DNA from: an uncultured Lachnospiraceae bacterium
Lineage (GTDB): Bacteria; Bacillota; Clostridia; Oscillospirales; CAG-272
DNA length: 64,000 nucleotides
Assembly (NCBI GenBank): GCA_964490165.1
Contig: CAZBAR010000001.1
Coordinates: 156,213-220,212, forward strand
Direction: 5' to 3'
The notes under the pieces were generated by a model. The model searched no databases. It saw only the letters and a program-made list of their open reading frames with translations, and was not told where the DNA came from. The position numbers and the translations under genes were made by a program. Below, piece by piece: positions 9,505 to 19,555 of this stretch (positions are counted from its first letter, which is position 1; every line of letters begins with the position of its first letter).

Positions 9505-10419
9505 ATGAAAACAGACAGATTATATGCGATCACGGTATATCTCCTTAATCACGGAAAGTCGTCGGCTAATGAGCTTGCACGCAGATTTGAAGTTTCGACC
9601 AGAACAATACAACGTGATATTGATGCCTTGAGCAGAGCCGGTATCCCTGTCATTGCCGAAATGGGAACAAACGGAGGTTACTACCTGTCGGAAAGCTTCA
9701 AGATGGATTCTCACACGGTAACTAATGAGGATTATTCGTATATTTTAACGGCGCTTAAAGGCTATGCAACGGCTATGGATAATCAAAAAATTAAAGACAC
9801 AGTTGAAAAAGTTTCTACTCTTGTCCATGAACGGAACGACAGTATCATTCTCGATTTTTCCGTTCTGCGTGAAGGTGATAATCAGCTTTTTCAGATACTT
9901 CAGGATGCTGTTCGCTCAAAGCATCCTGTTAGCTTTGAGTACACAAACGCAGAAAATGTTAACCGTATTCATACGGTTGAACCGATTGCGGTTATTTATC
10001 GTTGGTATGCATGGTATCTGCTCGCCTACTCTACCGTCAAATGCGATTATCGAACCTATAAGCTCGTCCGTATGCGAAATGCGGAGATCGTCAACGCAGA
10101 GTTTTCAAAGGAACATAAGAGCGCAGAGGAAATACTGAACAGCAGTGACAGTATATCGACATACAGCTTCACAGAGGTCACAATACGGTGTCATGCCGAA
10201 GCGCGTGCAAAAGCTATTGAATATCTGAATGGCATGATAACCTGTGAATATGAAAACGGCGACTGTGATATGGTCCTGCACGTTATTGAAAAGGAACATT
10301 TTTGGTTTGGAACGCTGCTATCGTTGGGTGATAGCGTTAAAATACTTTCTCCGGAGCATATTAGAGAGCGTGTGCTGAAGTCGGCGAAAAAAATTGTTTC
10401 ACTGTACGAAAAACTATGA
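9505..10419 (+). CDS. YafY-like transcriptional regulator (HTH + WYL domain)
   Basis: N-terminal HTH RLYAITVYLLNHGKSSANELARRFEVSTRTIQRDIDAL. The central region HTVEPIAVIYRWYAWYLLAYSTVKCDYRTYKLVRM is the WYL signature. Confidence 0.8.
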   Translation: MKTDRLYAITVYLLNHGKSSANELARRFEVSTRTIQRDIDALSRAGIPVIAEMGTNGGYYLSESFKMDSHTVTNEDYSYILTALKGYATAMDNQKIKDTVEKVSTLVHERNDSIILDFSVLREGDNQLFQILQDAVRSKHPVSFEYTNAENVNRIHTVEPIAVIYRWYAWYLLAYSTVKCDYRTYKLVRMRNAEIVNAEFSKEHKSAEEILNSSDSISTYSFTEVTIRCHAEARAKAIEYLNGMITCEYENGDCDMVLHVIEKEHFWFGTLLSLGDSVKILSPEHIRERVLKSAKKIVSLYEKL

Positions 10420-10476
10420 CATACTGTTGTCGTAATTGTTCTGATATAATGGCAGTAAAAACGGAGGTACTTTACC

Positions 10477-10857
10477 ATGGAACAAAGAAGCATTAAAAGA
10501 CTGCCGACACACTGCGGTGACAACACTTGTCCTTCCTGCGTAATAGCAGGAGATTATATCTATCTTGCGCATCATGCCGGAGGATTTGAGAAAAGGGACA
10601 TTAGGTATCAGATGAGAGCGGTTTTTGAAAGTGTGAAAAATACACTTGCCGCAGTCGGTGCGACACTGAACGATATGGTGCAAATTCATTTATATCTATA
10701 TGATCTGTCAGATTTTGACGGAGCAACAGAGGTGTTCAATGAATATTTTGATGAGGACTGCTTCCCGGCGAGAATGACGTCCACAAGCGAATTCCTTGAT
10801 GAAGAATGTTTATGTATGATTGACGGCGTAGCGTATAAAAAGAAAGAGCAGTGTTAA
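10477..10857 (+). CDS. RidA/YjgF/L-PSP family protein
   Basis: Size of 126 aa and pattern ...GDYIYLAHHAG...VKNTLAAVGATLNDMVQIHLYL...ARMTS. Confidence 0.6.
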   Translation: MEQRSIKRLPTHCGDNTCPSCVIAGDYIYLAHHAGGFEKRDIRYQMRAVFESVKNTLAAVGATLNDMVQIHLYLYDLSDFDGATEVFNEYFDEDCFPARMTSTSEFLDEECLCMIDGVAYKKKEQC

Positions 10858-10858
10858 T

Positions 10859-12052
10859 ATGAAACTTACAACAGAACAAGCCCGACGATTTATTCTTTTG
10901 AAGCAGGGTCTGCTTGGAGATTACAGATTTACAGGTAAGCAGGGTGCACTCGACTATATACGGCAGGCCGGATGCATTCAGTTTGATCCGGTTGATGTCT
11001 GTGGAAAAATGGCTGAGCTCACGCTGCAATCACGGGTAAAAGGCTTTACAAAAAAACTATTGGATGACCTGCTGTATAAAAACAGAATGTTGTTTGATTA
11101 TCCGGACAAGCAGCTTTCAATTATCCCGATCGAAAACTGGGCGTATTACAGCCGCTACCGAAATGCAGCCCGCGAAGGTGGAAAAAAGTTTGAGGGACTC
11201 TGTGAGCTTGAAGTACAGGCGCTGGAGTATATTAAGGAAAACGGTCCTGTCAGTTCCAACGACCTGCCGATTTCGGGAAAAATGCATTGGCATTCGCATA
11301 TTCATTGGAGCGGAGATTGGAGCGGTAAATCGAACATATCGCGTTCGGTACTTGAACAGCTCTATTCCACCGGAGAACTTATCATTCACCATAAAAAGGG
11401 CTCTCGTAAATATTACGATCTGTCAGAAAAATACATCCCGACTGAGATATTGAATGCTCCCGAACCTTTCCCCGATGATTTCTTACATCAGAAATGGCGT
11501 ATTATGCACAGAATCGGTGCAGCAGGTCTGATATGGGATCGGCCGTCCGGCTTTTGGAACAATGTTTGGGGGCTGACAACTGAAATTCGCCATCGGATAT
11601 TCCAAACGCTAAAAGAAGAAGGGACAATATCCGAGCTGACAGTCGATAACTTAAGGTACACCTTCTATTATCTTACAGAAGATGCGCCGATACTGAATCA
11701 AATACTGTCAGATGAAGTTTTCAAGCCACGGTGTGAATTTATTGCACCGCTTGACCCGTTTTTATGGGACAAGCAGTTTGTCAGAACTATTTTCGGTTTT
11801 GATTACAGCTGGGAGATTTATACGCCTGATGAAAAGCGTAAATACGGTGCGTATGTTTTGCCGATACTTTACGGCGATAGATTTATAGGCCGCATAGAAA
11901 CCATAAACGACCGCAAGACGAAAACGCTCGCAGTGAAAAACATATGGTATGAAGACGGGCTCAGGAAGACTAAAAAGCTGTCTGCGGCAGTGGATAAATG
12001 CGTGAAACGTTTTGCAAGCTTCAATGAGTGTGAGACTATAAGCTATTTATAA
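10859..12052 (+). CDS. Winged-helix DNA-binding protein of the YcaQ/AlkZ (HTH_42) DNA glycosylase family
   Basis: N-terminus LTTEQARRFILLKQGL...GALDYIRQAGCIQFDP and C-terminus ...YGAYVLPILYGDRFIGRIE resemble the YcaQ/AlkZ family. It starts 1 nt after the RidA stop. Confidence 0.65.
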   Translation: MKLTTEQARRFILLKQGLLGDYRFTGKQGALDYIRQAGCIQFDPVDVCGKMAELTLQSRVKGFTKKLLDDLLYKNRMLFDYPDKQLSIIPIENWAYYSRYRNAAREGGKKFEGLCELEVQALEYIKENGPVSSNDLPISGKMHWHSHIHWSGDWSGKSNISRSVLEQLYSTGELIIHHKKGSRKYYDLSEKYIPTEILNAPEPFPDDFLHQKWRIMHRIGAAGLIWDRPSGFWNNVWGLTTEIRHRIFQTLKEEGTISELTVDNLRYTFYYLTEDAPILNQILSDEVFKPRCEFIAPLDPFLWDKQFVRTIFGFDYSWEIYTPDEKRKYGAYVLPILYGDRFIGRIETINDRKTKTLAVKNIWYEDGLRKTKKLSAAVDKCVKRFASFNECETISYL

Positions 12053-12115
12053 TTATTTTTATGTCGTCAAGGATGTTTAACAGAGCGAGGATTCATAACT
12101 TTTTGGAGGTGCAAT

Positions 12116-12202
12116 ATGAAATTTGTTATGTCATACAGCTGCGGTAAAGACAGGATATTGGATCGTCATAAAATGATAGTCTTCAGCAAAATTTACAGGT
12201 GA
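12116..12202 (+). pseudogene. Remnant 5' end of a PP-loop (Dph6/MJ0570-like) ATP pyrophosphatase gene
   Basis: A GGAGG SD then MKFVMSYSCGKDRILDRHKMI..., which resembles the MKFV.S.SGGKDS PP-loop N-terminus. The reading frame stops after 28 codons. Confidence 0.35.
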
Positions 12203-12269
12203 ATCGTTGAGGATGAATTACCGAAAAAATAGTAAAAATAAACCTCCGGCTATGCCGGAGGTTTATCTC

Positions 12270-12458
12270 TTAATTCTTTGTAATAACAGACACGGGGCAG
12301 TTTTCCATTGCTTCGTCGGCGCTGTGCTCCTCGTCGTTGGTAGTAGGATTTGCAAACGCCTCAGCAGTACCGTTATCAGTCAGTCTGAAAACGGCAGGGC
12401 AGGTGTTTTCACAGAGCCCGCAGCCGATGCAGCCCTCAATTACCTTGTATTCCATCAT
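12270..12458 (-). CDS. 4Fe-4S ferredoxin
   Basis: MEYKVIEGCIGCGLCENTCP...ENCPVSVI shows a CxxCxxCxxxCP cluster motif. The ORF track extends to 12470 and the exact start is uncertain. Confidence 0.8.
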   Translation of the reverse strand: MMEYKVIEGCIGCGLCENTCPAVFRLTDNGTAEAFANPTTNDEEHSADEAMENCPVSVITKN

Positions 12459-12524
12459 AATAGATACCATTCCTTTCCTTTTATCCTTTTAGGTTAAACG
12501 TATTATACCCGGAAAAGGATGTAT

Positions 12525-13385
12525 CTATACTTTTGTATTGAACTTGAACCACGGTCTGCTGCTCGGTCGGCGGACCTTATGCTTCTTTCTCTTTGTCCGT
12601 GCGATGCAAACAGGGAACACTGATACGGCGCCTTCCTTTTTCAAAAGCTCCGCGCACGCGTTGACCGTCGCGCCTGTTGTGATAATATCATCGATCAAAA
12701 TATACTTTTTACCGTTTGGCGATGCTGCTTTTCTGATAGCATATGCGCTTTCGGCGTTTTGCTTGCGTTCTACGGAATTCAGCTTTTTCTGCGTCTTTTT
12801 GCCCTTGTTTACAAAGCATTCTTCCATAGGGATTCCTGTGTATTTTGACAGTAGCCGAGCCATATCCCGTCCCTGATCAAAGCCGTATTCCCGACGGCGG
12901 GCAGCGGTTCGCGGCGGATATGTAAGAGTCCATTCGGTTATATTTTCCCGGCTTTTGGCGAAGTGGCGCAAAATGTCACCTGCAAGCTCTCTTGCTGCAA
13001 AGCGCGCAGCCGTTCTGTTTGAGGATGTTTTTATAGACCACACCGTTTTTGACACGACTTTGTCTCTGACGGGAATATCCTTGTCGGAAAATGCAGAATA
13101 AAATGCAAGAGAGATCATACATCTCTCTCCGATGCTGTCTGTCTGAAACATCGAATACGGGCGGCAGGAGCAAGCACGTGCAGTCTTTTGACAGATCGGG
13201 CATTTTTCACGTCTTGCACTGTCCCAAAGCATTAAGCAATCGGGACACATTTCTCCGCCGTCCGCGATCAGCTCGCCGCATATTACGCATTTCGGCGGAA
13301 ACAAAAGATTCAATATATACGACGCAGCCATCGCAGCTATATCGGCGGGCGGAATTCTGTCCTCTTTATTATTTTTATTATTCAT
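12525..13385 (-). CDS. comFC: ComF family protein (ComFC-like phosphoribosyltransferase)
   Basis: N-terminal Cys4 LFPPKCVICGE...CPDC and a C-terminal PRTase motif YILIDDIITTGATV. The chosen start overlaps the recD2 stop by 8 nt. Confidence 0.8.
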   Translation of the reverse strand: MNNKNNKEDRIPPADIAAMAASYILNLLFPPKCVICGELIADGGEMCPDCLMLWDSARREKCPICQKTARACSCRPYSMFQTDSIGERCMISLAFYSAFSDKDIPVRDKVVSKTVWSIKTSSNRTAARFAARELAGDILRHFAKSRENITEWTLTYPPRTAARRREYGFDQGRDMARLLSKYTGIPMEECFVNKGKKTQKKLNSVERKQNAESAYAIRKAASPNGKKYILIDDIITTGATVNACAELLKKEGAVSVFPVCIARTKRKKHKVRRPSSRPWFKFNTKV

Positions 13386-15585
13386 TATTGCAAAGAAGCT
13401 CGCGCAGTCCTGTGTGGCGGACGACGCTTTTGTTATTCTCGACCATAGCGGAAAGGATCTCCGTCTTGCCGACAAGTATTACCATACGCGACGCACGTGT
13501 TACGGCGGTATAAAGCAGATTTCTAGTAAGAAGCATGGGAGCGCAGCTGTACAGCGGGATTATGACAACGGGATACTCGCTGCCCTGACTTTTATGTACG
13601 GTTATTGCGTAAGCGTGCTCAAGCTCGTCCAGCTGAGAAAAGTCGTAGGTGCAGCTTCTGCCGTCAAAGCTAAGCTCCAGAGACTCAGAGGGGAAGTCGA
13701 TCGATGATACGGTGCCGATATCGCCGTTGAAAATACCAAGCCCCTCGTATCCGTCCTTTTCCCATTCAATATCGTAGTTGTTTCTGTTCTGCATAACACG
13801 GTCGCAGTCTCTGATAATTATGCCGTGGGCGCCTCTCTCCTTCTTTTTCGGGGAAGGGGGATTAAGCTGCGATTGCAGCAGCGCATTCAGCTCGTCAGTT
13901 CCCACGGCGCCCTTTCGGGATGGGGTTATTACCTGTATTTCCTCGGAAATACTTTCGCCGTATGCTTTGGGCAGTCTGTTTTTGCAAAGATCTGCAACGG
14001 TTGCGGCTATAGCTCTGTCATCGCTTCTTCTGAGAAAGAAAAAATCGGGAGAACGGTTGTCCGTAATAGGCAATTTACCTTCGTTTATAAGGTGGGCGTT
14101 TACTATTATGCGGCTTTCTCTTGCCTGACGAAATACTTCTGTAAGGCACACGGTAACAAAAGCCTTACTGTCGATAATATCGGCAAGAATGTTGCCTGCG
14201 CCTACTGATGGAAGCTGATCGCGGTCGCCGATGAATATAAGACGGCATCCGGGCTTTGCCGCTTTAAGCAGCGCCTCCAGCAGTATTATATCTACCATAG
14301 AGGTCTCGTCTACTATAACGGCATCCTCATCAAGATAGCAGCTCTGATTGCGAAAAAACTTTGGCTCCTCGTCGTCGTTGTGCTCCATTTCAAGCAGTCT
14401 GTGCACGGTCTTTGCCTCGCAGCCGCACGCTTCACTCATACGTTTGGCTGCTCTGCCTGTGGGGGCTGCCAGTGCAACGTCAAGTCCCATTGAGCTGAAT
14501 ATGGAAAGCAGTCCTTTTATTACTGTGGTCTTACCGGTACCGGGACCACCCGTGAGGATCATTACGCCGCCGCTCAGTGCTGCGGCTACTGCGTCCCGCT
14601 GCAGTGCGGCATATTTTATGCCGGATTCTTTCTCAACTCTCTCAATAAAGCCGCCGATGTCGCCGGGGTCTATTTTCGGACAGGTACGGTTAAGCTGGCG
14701 CAGCTTGTCCGCGCAGTAGACCTCCGCGCTTCTGTAGCGCGACAGATATATATAATCTTGTCCTTCGCGTGAAGAGCAGACAAGCTTTGCAGTAGCGCAC
14801 TGCCTGTCAACAACGGGAGACAGCTTATCCTCACTTACCGATAACAGATCAGCGGCGATCCGTATGAGCTGTTCCCTTGGCAGGCAGGTATGCCCTCCGC
14901 TTTGTGCGGCAGTTTTCAGCGTGTGTATTATTCCGGCTTCCAGCCTTTCGTCGCTGTCATTGGGAAGTCCGCATGAGGTCGCTATTGCATCGGCACGGCG
15001 AAAGCCTATGCCGGTAAAATCCTCACACAGCCGATATGGATTGGCACGGATCATATCCACCGCCTTGCCGCCCCATTTGCGGTATATCTTCATAGATGTG
15101 GCGCTGCCGAAGTAGTCAGCGCAAAACATCATTACATTGCGCGCACCGGACATTTCTATAAACGCAGAGCAGATATCGTCTGCTTTGCGGCGCGTTATAC
15201 CCGGCAGCTCGGCAAGCCAGTCGGGGTGGTTTTCAATAACGTCAAAACTGTCCTCGCCGTATTTTGAAACAATTTTTTCGGCGGTTTTTGGTCCTATACC
15301 CTTAACCGCTCCGGAGGCGAGATAGCGCAGGATCTCCGCTGAGGAGGAGGGCAGAGTCTTTTCGTACATATCCACCTTAAACTGCTTGCCGTATGTTGCG
15401 TGATGCGTCCAGCGGCCTACGGCTGTGACGGTGTCTCCCTCGGATATGTACGGCATCGTACCTACGAGCACTACGGGCAGGCCGTTTTCGTCCTCTATTT
15501 CGCAAACGGTGTAGCCTGTTTCATCTGATGAGTAAATAACAGAATCAACAGTACCGCTGACGGTGATCTTTTCATCGTTTACCAT
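13378..15585 (-). CDS. recD2: ATP-dependent RecD2-like DNA helicase
   Basis: Walker A LTGGPGTGKTT, IFIGDRDQLPSVGAG and a C-terminal AITVHKSQGSEY. ATG at 15585 is preceded by GAGGGGAGG (the ORF track starts at an upstream TTG). Confidence 0.9.
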   Translation of the reverse strand: MVNDEKITVSGTVDSVIYSSDETGYTVCEIEDENGLPVVLVGTMPYISEGDTVTAVGRWTHHATYGKQFKVDMYEKTLPSSSAEILRYLASGAVKGIGPKTAEKIVSKYGEDSFDVIENHPDWLAELPGITRRKADDICSAFIEMSGARNVMMFCADYFGSATSMKIYRKWGGKAVDMIRANPYRLCEDFTGIGFRRADAIATSCGLPNDSDERLEAGIIHTLKTAAQSGGHTCLPREQLIRIAADLLSVSEDKLSPVVDRQCATAKLVCSSREGQDYIYLSRYRSAEVYCADKLRQLNRTCPKIDPGDIGGFIERVEKESGIKYAALQRDAVAAALSGGVMILTGGPGTGKTTVIKGLLSIFSSMGLDVALAAPTGRAAKRMSEACGCEAKTVHRLLEMEHNDDEEPKFFRNQSCYLDEDAVIVDETSMVDIILLEALLKAAKPGCRLIFIGDRDQLPSVGAGNILADIIDSKAFVTVCLTEVFRQARESRIIVNAHLINEGKLPITDNRSPDFFFLRRSDDRAIAATVADLCKNRLPKAYGESISEEIQVITPSRKGAVGTDELNALLQSQLNPPSPKKKERGAHGIIIRDCDRVMQNRNNYDIEWEKDGYEGLGIFNGDIGTVSSIDFPSESLELSFDGRSCTYDFSQLDELEHAYAITVHKSQGSEYPVVIIPLYSCAPMLLTRNLLYTAVTRASRMVILVGKTEILSAMVENNKSVVRHTGLRELLCNNE

Positions 15586-15615
15586 ACTGACAGTGCCTCC
15601 CCTCAAAACAAAAGT

Positions 15616-15789
15616 TTACTCTATGTTATTATATCCCTTTTTGTCCTGCCTGTCAATCGTGCCGCCGTGTCTTTTATGTCTTTTATGCCGTAAAATGCGA
15701 AGTACGAGCCGACCTGTCTCGCAGGCGGCGCAGTAGAGCCCGAATATGAAAAATACCGAAATAAACACACCAATTACTGTTTCCAGCAT
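15616..15789 (-). CDS. Possible small membrane protein (57 aa)
   Basis: Hand translation gives MLETVIGVFISVFFIFGLYCAACETGRLVLRILRHKRHKRHGG.... That is one hydrophobic helix plus a basic tail, ending 10 nt upstream of the recD2 ORF. It is below the ORF-track cutoff and no homology was recognised. Confidence 0.25.
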   Translation of the reverse strand: MLETVIGVFISVFFIFGLYCAACETGRLVLRILRHKRHKRHGGTIDRQDKKGYNNIE

Positions 15790-16156
15790 ATCACTATACC
15801 TCTGAATCGTATTATGTTATATTATATGCTGCGGGGAGCGCAGTGGGTATTGCGTGAAAATGCTGCAAAACAGGCATAACAGTGGAAAATTTGGGCATAA
15901 TTTCAAAGAGAAAAGACACAGCCTCGCGGGTAAAGTGTAAATAGCCGCTATGATTATATAATTTATATATTATATAATTTATATAATGAAAATTTTCGAT
16001 CGACCATCGCAGAGAGCAAAATTTATTTGTCAGAGTCACTTTTTTGAACTTTTTCCGTGGAATATCATACTTATTTGCATACAGTCGGCTAAATAACGTA
16101 TTTAGCAAAACAAATTTGTGCAAAACAGAGAAAATAGCGCATTTGGAATGTCAGTA

Positions 16157-16185
16157 TTGACAATTCCTGCCTTATATGCTACAAT
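16157..16185 (+). promoter_or_regulatory. Sigma-A-type promoter of the str operon
   Basis: TTGACA (16157-16162), a 17-nt spacer, then TACAAT (16180-16185), about 120 nt upstream of rpsL. Confidence 0.5.
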
Positions 16186-16302
16186 AATTTTACGCGCGAT
16201 GTCGGGATAGCTGTAGCTATGCCTAAATCACGCCGTAATCCGTGTATAACTGACGGCGTCAGTTGTATATAAACATTTATCACCGAAGAAAGGAGAAATA
16301 AG

Positions 16303-16719
16303 ATGCCTACCTTTAACCAGCTTGTAAAACAGGGCAGAAAGGACAAGACCTACAAGTCAAAGTCTCCTGTTATGCAGCAGGGCTTCAACACCATTAAGAA
16401 CAAGCCCATTGATCAGCACTCTCCTCAGAAGCGCGGAGTTTGCACAAAGGTATCCACCACCACACCTAAGAAGCCTAACTCAGCTCTCCGTAAGGTTGCC
16501 AGAGTAAGATTCACAAACGGTATGGAGGCTTGGACCTACATTCCCGGTATCGGTCATAACCTTCAGGAGCACTCCGTGGTTCTTATCCGCGGCGGCCGTG
16601 TTCGTGACCTGCCCGGTGTACGTTACCACATCATTCGCGGTACTCTTGATACTCAGGGCGTTGCAAACCGCAACCAGTCCCGTTCAAAGTACGGTGTAAA
16701 GCGCGCAAAGAAGAAGTAA
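16303..16719 (+). CDS. rpsL: 30S ribosomal protein S12
   Basis: [13 protein letters not shown]...[15 protein letters not shown]...[13 protein letters not shown]. Confidence 0.97.
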   Translation: MPTFNQLVKQGRKDKTYKSKSPVMQQGFNTIKNKPIDQHSPQKRGVCTKVSTTTPKKPNSALRKVARVRFTNGMEAWTYIPGIGHNLQEHSVVLIRGGRVRDLPGVRYHIIRGTLDTQGVANRNQSRSKYGVKRAKKK

Positions 16720-16888
16720 TTCTGCTATATAACTTTGCATCTTAAGCGGCAATGCCCGCATTTTCCTCGATTTTATTTTCAGCAATGCTGAGGGTGACAG
16801 ATGTTTATATACCTCTGACCCCTGGGGCACAACGGAAATTATTTTCGAGTACCTATGATAACATTATTTGATGAAGGAGGGAAGTAAA

Positions 16889-17359
16889 GTGTCGAGAAGA
16901 GGTCAGATTTCCAAGAGAGACGTTCTGCCGGATCCTTTGTATAATTCCAAGCTTGTTACAAAGCTTATCAACAATATTATGCTGGACGGCAAAAAGGGTG
17001 TTGCTCAGAAGATCGTTTACGAGGCATTCGCTATCGTAGAGGACAAGACAGGCAACAATCCCCTTGAAGTCTTTACAGAGGCTCTCGATAATATAATGCC
17101 GGTTCTGGAGGTAAAGGCTCGCCGTATAGGCGGTTCCAACTACCAGGTTCCTATGGAAGTAAGAGCTGAGAGAAGATTAACTCTCGGTCTTCGCTGGATG
17201 ACTAACTTTGCAAGAAACCGCGGTGAGAAGACCATGGCGGAGCGTCTTGCAGGAGAGATCATGGACGCGAAGAACAGCACCGGCGGTGCTTTCAAGAAGA
17301 AAGAAGAAACACACAGAATGGCAGAAGCAAACAAGGCGTTCGCTCACTACAGATATTGA
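16889..17359 (+). CDS. rpsG: 30S ribosomal protein S7
   Basis: (V)[19 protein letters not shown]... with a GTG start 7 nt after GGAGGG. The C-terminus is ...[11 protein letters not shown]. Confidence 0.95.
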   Translation: MSRRGQISKRDVLPDPLYNSKLVTKLINNIMLDGKKGVAQKIVYEAFAIVEDKTGNNPLEVFTEALDNIMPVLEVKARRIGGSNYQVPMEVRAERRLTLGLRWMTNFARNRGEKTMAERLAGEIMDAKNSTGGAFKKKEETHRMAEANKAFAHYRY

Positions 17360-17422
17360 TTTCAGGATCAGATCTGTTGAGACGTTTGTTTGTACTGAAC
17401 CAACAAGGAGATTTATTAGTAT

Positions 17423-19504
17423 ATGCCGAGAGAATATTCGCTTGAGCACACCCGAAACATCGGTATCATGGCTCACATCGACGCCGGCAAGACCACCACT
17501 ACTGAGCGTATCCTGTACTACACAGGTAAAACTCATAAGATCGGTGAGACACATGACGGTGCTGCTACCATGGACTGGATGGAGCAGGAGCAGGAAAGAG
17601 GTATTACAATTACCTCCGCTGCTACTACCTGCTACTGGAAGGGTAACAGAATAAATATTATAGATACTCCCGGACACGTTGACTTTACTGTTGAAGTTGA
17701 GCGTTCTCTGAGAGTTCTTGACGGCTCCGTCACAGTGCTTTGCGCTAAGGGCGGCGTTGAGCCTCAGTCTGAGACCGTTTGGCGTCAGGCAGATAAGTAC
17801 GGCGTTCCCCGTATGGCTTATGTAAATAAGATGGACATTATGGGCGCTGACTTCTACCACGTTGTAGATATGATGCACGAAAGACTGAAGGCAAATGCAG
17901 TTCCGATTCAGCTGCCTATCGGCGCTGAAGACACTTTCAAAGGCATTATCGACCTCATCAATATGGAAGCAGATATCTATTATGATGAGATGGGTAAGGA
18001 TATGAGAGTTGAGCCTATTCCCGCTGATATGATGGACAAGGCTCAGGAATACCACACCGCTCTGGTCGAGGCTGTTGCCGAGACTGACGAGGAGCTGTTC
18101 GAAAAGTACTGCGAGGAGGGTGATCTTACTCCTGATGAGATCAAGAAGGCTCTTCGCGTTGCTACTATCGCTAACAAGATAGTTCCCGTAACCTGCGGTA
18201 CATCCTACAGAAACAAGGGCGTACAGAAGCTGCTTGACGCTATCGTTGACTATATGCCTGCTCCTACCGACGTACCTCACATCAAGGGCGTTAACCCCGA
18301 TACCGGTGAGGAAGAGGAGCGCGTATCTTCTGATGAAGGTCCTTTCGCAGCTCTTGCGTTCAAGATCATGACCGACCCCTTTGTGGGCAAGCTCTGCTTC
18401 TTCAGAGTATACTCCGGCGTTGTAAACGCAGGTGAGTATACCTACAACTCTGTAAAGGGTGCAAAGGAGCGTATGGGTCGTCTTATTCAGATGCACTCTA
18501 ACGAGCGTTCCGATATCAGCTCCTGCTATGCAGGCGATATCGCTGCTGTCGTTGGTCTTAAAAACACCACTACAGGTGATACTCTTTGTGATGACAAGGC
18601 TCCTATTATCCTTGAGTCCATGGAGTTCCCTGAACCCGTTATCCGCGTAGCCATCGAGCCTAAGACCAAAGCAGGTCAGGAAAAGATGGGTATTGCTCTT
18701 GCAAAGCTTGCAGAGGAAGACCCCACCTTCCGTACCTACACCGATGAGGAGACAGGTCAGACTCTTATCGCAGGTATGGGTGAGCTTCACCTTGAGATTA
18801 TCGTTGACAGACTTCTGCGCGAGTTTAAGGTAGAGGCTAACATCGGCCGTCCTCAGGTTGCATACAAGGAGACTATCCGCCGTGCAGCTGAGTCTGATAC
18901 CAAGTATGCCCGTCAGTCAGGCGGTAAGGGTCAGTACGGTCACGTTAAGATCAAAATGGAACCCGGCGAGCCCGGATCCGGCTATGTGTTTGAGAACACT
19001 GTTGTCGGCGGTGCTATTCCTAAGGAATACATTCCCGCAGTTGACGCAGGTATCAAGAGCGCTATGGAGACCGGTGTACTTGCTGGCTATAACGTAGTTG
19101 ACGTAAAGGTCAACCTTTACGACGGCTCATACCATGAGGTCGACTCTTCCGAAATGGCATTTAAGATCGCCGGTTCTATGGCGTTCAAGGATGCTATGAG
19201 AAAGGCAGACCCCGTATTGACAGAGCCTATTATGAAGGTAGTAGTTATTACTCCCGACGATTACATGGGCGATGTTATCGGTGACGTAAACTCTCGCCGC
19301 GGTCAGATCCAGTCTATGGAGCCTGTAAGCGGTGCACAGCAGATCACCGCAATGATTCCTCTTTCCGAGATGTTCGGCTACGCTACCGACCTCCGTTCCA
19401 AGACACAGGGACGCGGTCAGTATTCAATGGAGCCCGATCACTTCGCAGAGGTTCCCAAGAGCATCCTTGAAAAGGTTGCAAGCAGCCGCAATCAGAACAA
19501 CTGA
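17423..19504 (+). CDS. fusA: Elongation factor G
   Basis: [24 protein letters not shown]..., 693 aa. Confidence 0.97.
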   Translation: MPREYSLEHTRNIGIMAHIDAGKTTTTERILYYTGKTHKIGETHDGAATMDWMEQEQERGITITSAATTCYWKGNRINIIDTPGHVDFTVEVERSLRVLDGSVTVLCAKGGVEPQSETVWRQADKYGVPRMAYVNKMDIMGADFYHVVDMMHERLKANAVPIQLPIGAEDTFKGIIDLINMEADIYYDEMGKDMRVEPIPADMMDKAQEYHTALVEAVAETDEELFEKYCEEGDLTPDEIKKALRVATIANKIVPVTCGTSYRNKGVQKLLDAIVDYMPAPTDVPHIKGVNPDTGEEEERVSSDEGPFAALAFKIMTDPFVGKLCFFRVYSGVVNAGEYTYNSVKGAKERMGRLIQMHSNERSDISSCYAGDIAAVVGLKNTTTGDTLCDDKAPIILESMEFPEPVIRVAIEPKTKAGQEKMGIALAKLAEEDPTFRTYTDEETGQTLIAGMGELHLEIIVDRLLREFKVEANIGRPQVAYKETIRRAAESDTKYARQSGGKGQYGHVKIKMEPGEPGSGYVFENTVVGGAIPKEYIPAVDAGIKSAMETGVLAGYNVVDVKVNLYDGSYHEVDSSEMAFKIAGSMAFKDAMRKADPVLTEPIMKVVVITPDDYMGDVIGDVNSRRGQIQSMEPVSGAQQITAMIPLSEMFGYATDLRSKTQGRGQYSMEPDHFAEVPKSILEKVASSRNQNN

Positions 19505-19555
19505 TCAGCTGCTGGTATATTAACAAGTTAACTATATTTTTTGGAGGAAATTAAA

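Noticed and set aside
15812-16123. 103-aa minus-strand ORF in the recD2/rpsL intergenic region.
   Set aside because: It lies in extremely AT-rich sequence, has no RBS, and runs through the TA-repeat tract and into the region just upstream of the str-operon promoter. It is probably non-coding.
17177-18790. 537-aa minus-strand ORF opposite fusA. A similar 417-aa ORF lies at 19532-20785 opposite tuf.
   Set aside because: Both are antisense to universally conserved, unmistakable EF-G and EF-Tu coding sequences. Their translations are low-complexity (S/L/V/C-rich) with no recognisable motifs, so they are mirror ORFs produced by codon bias.
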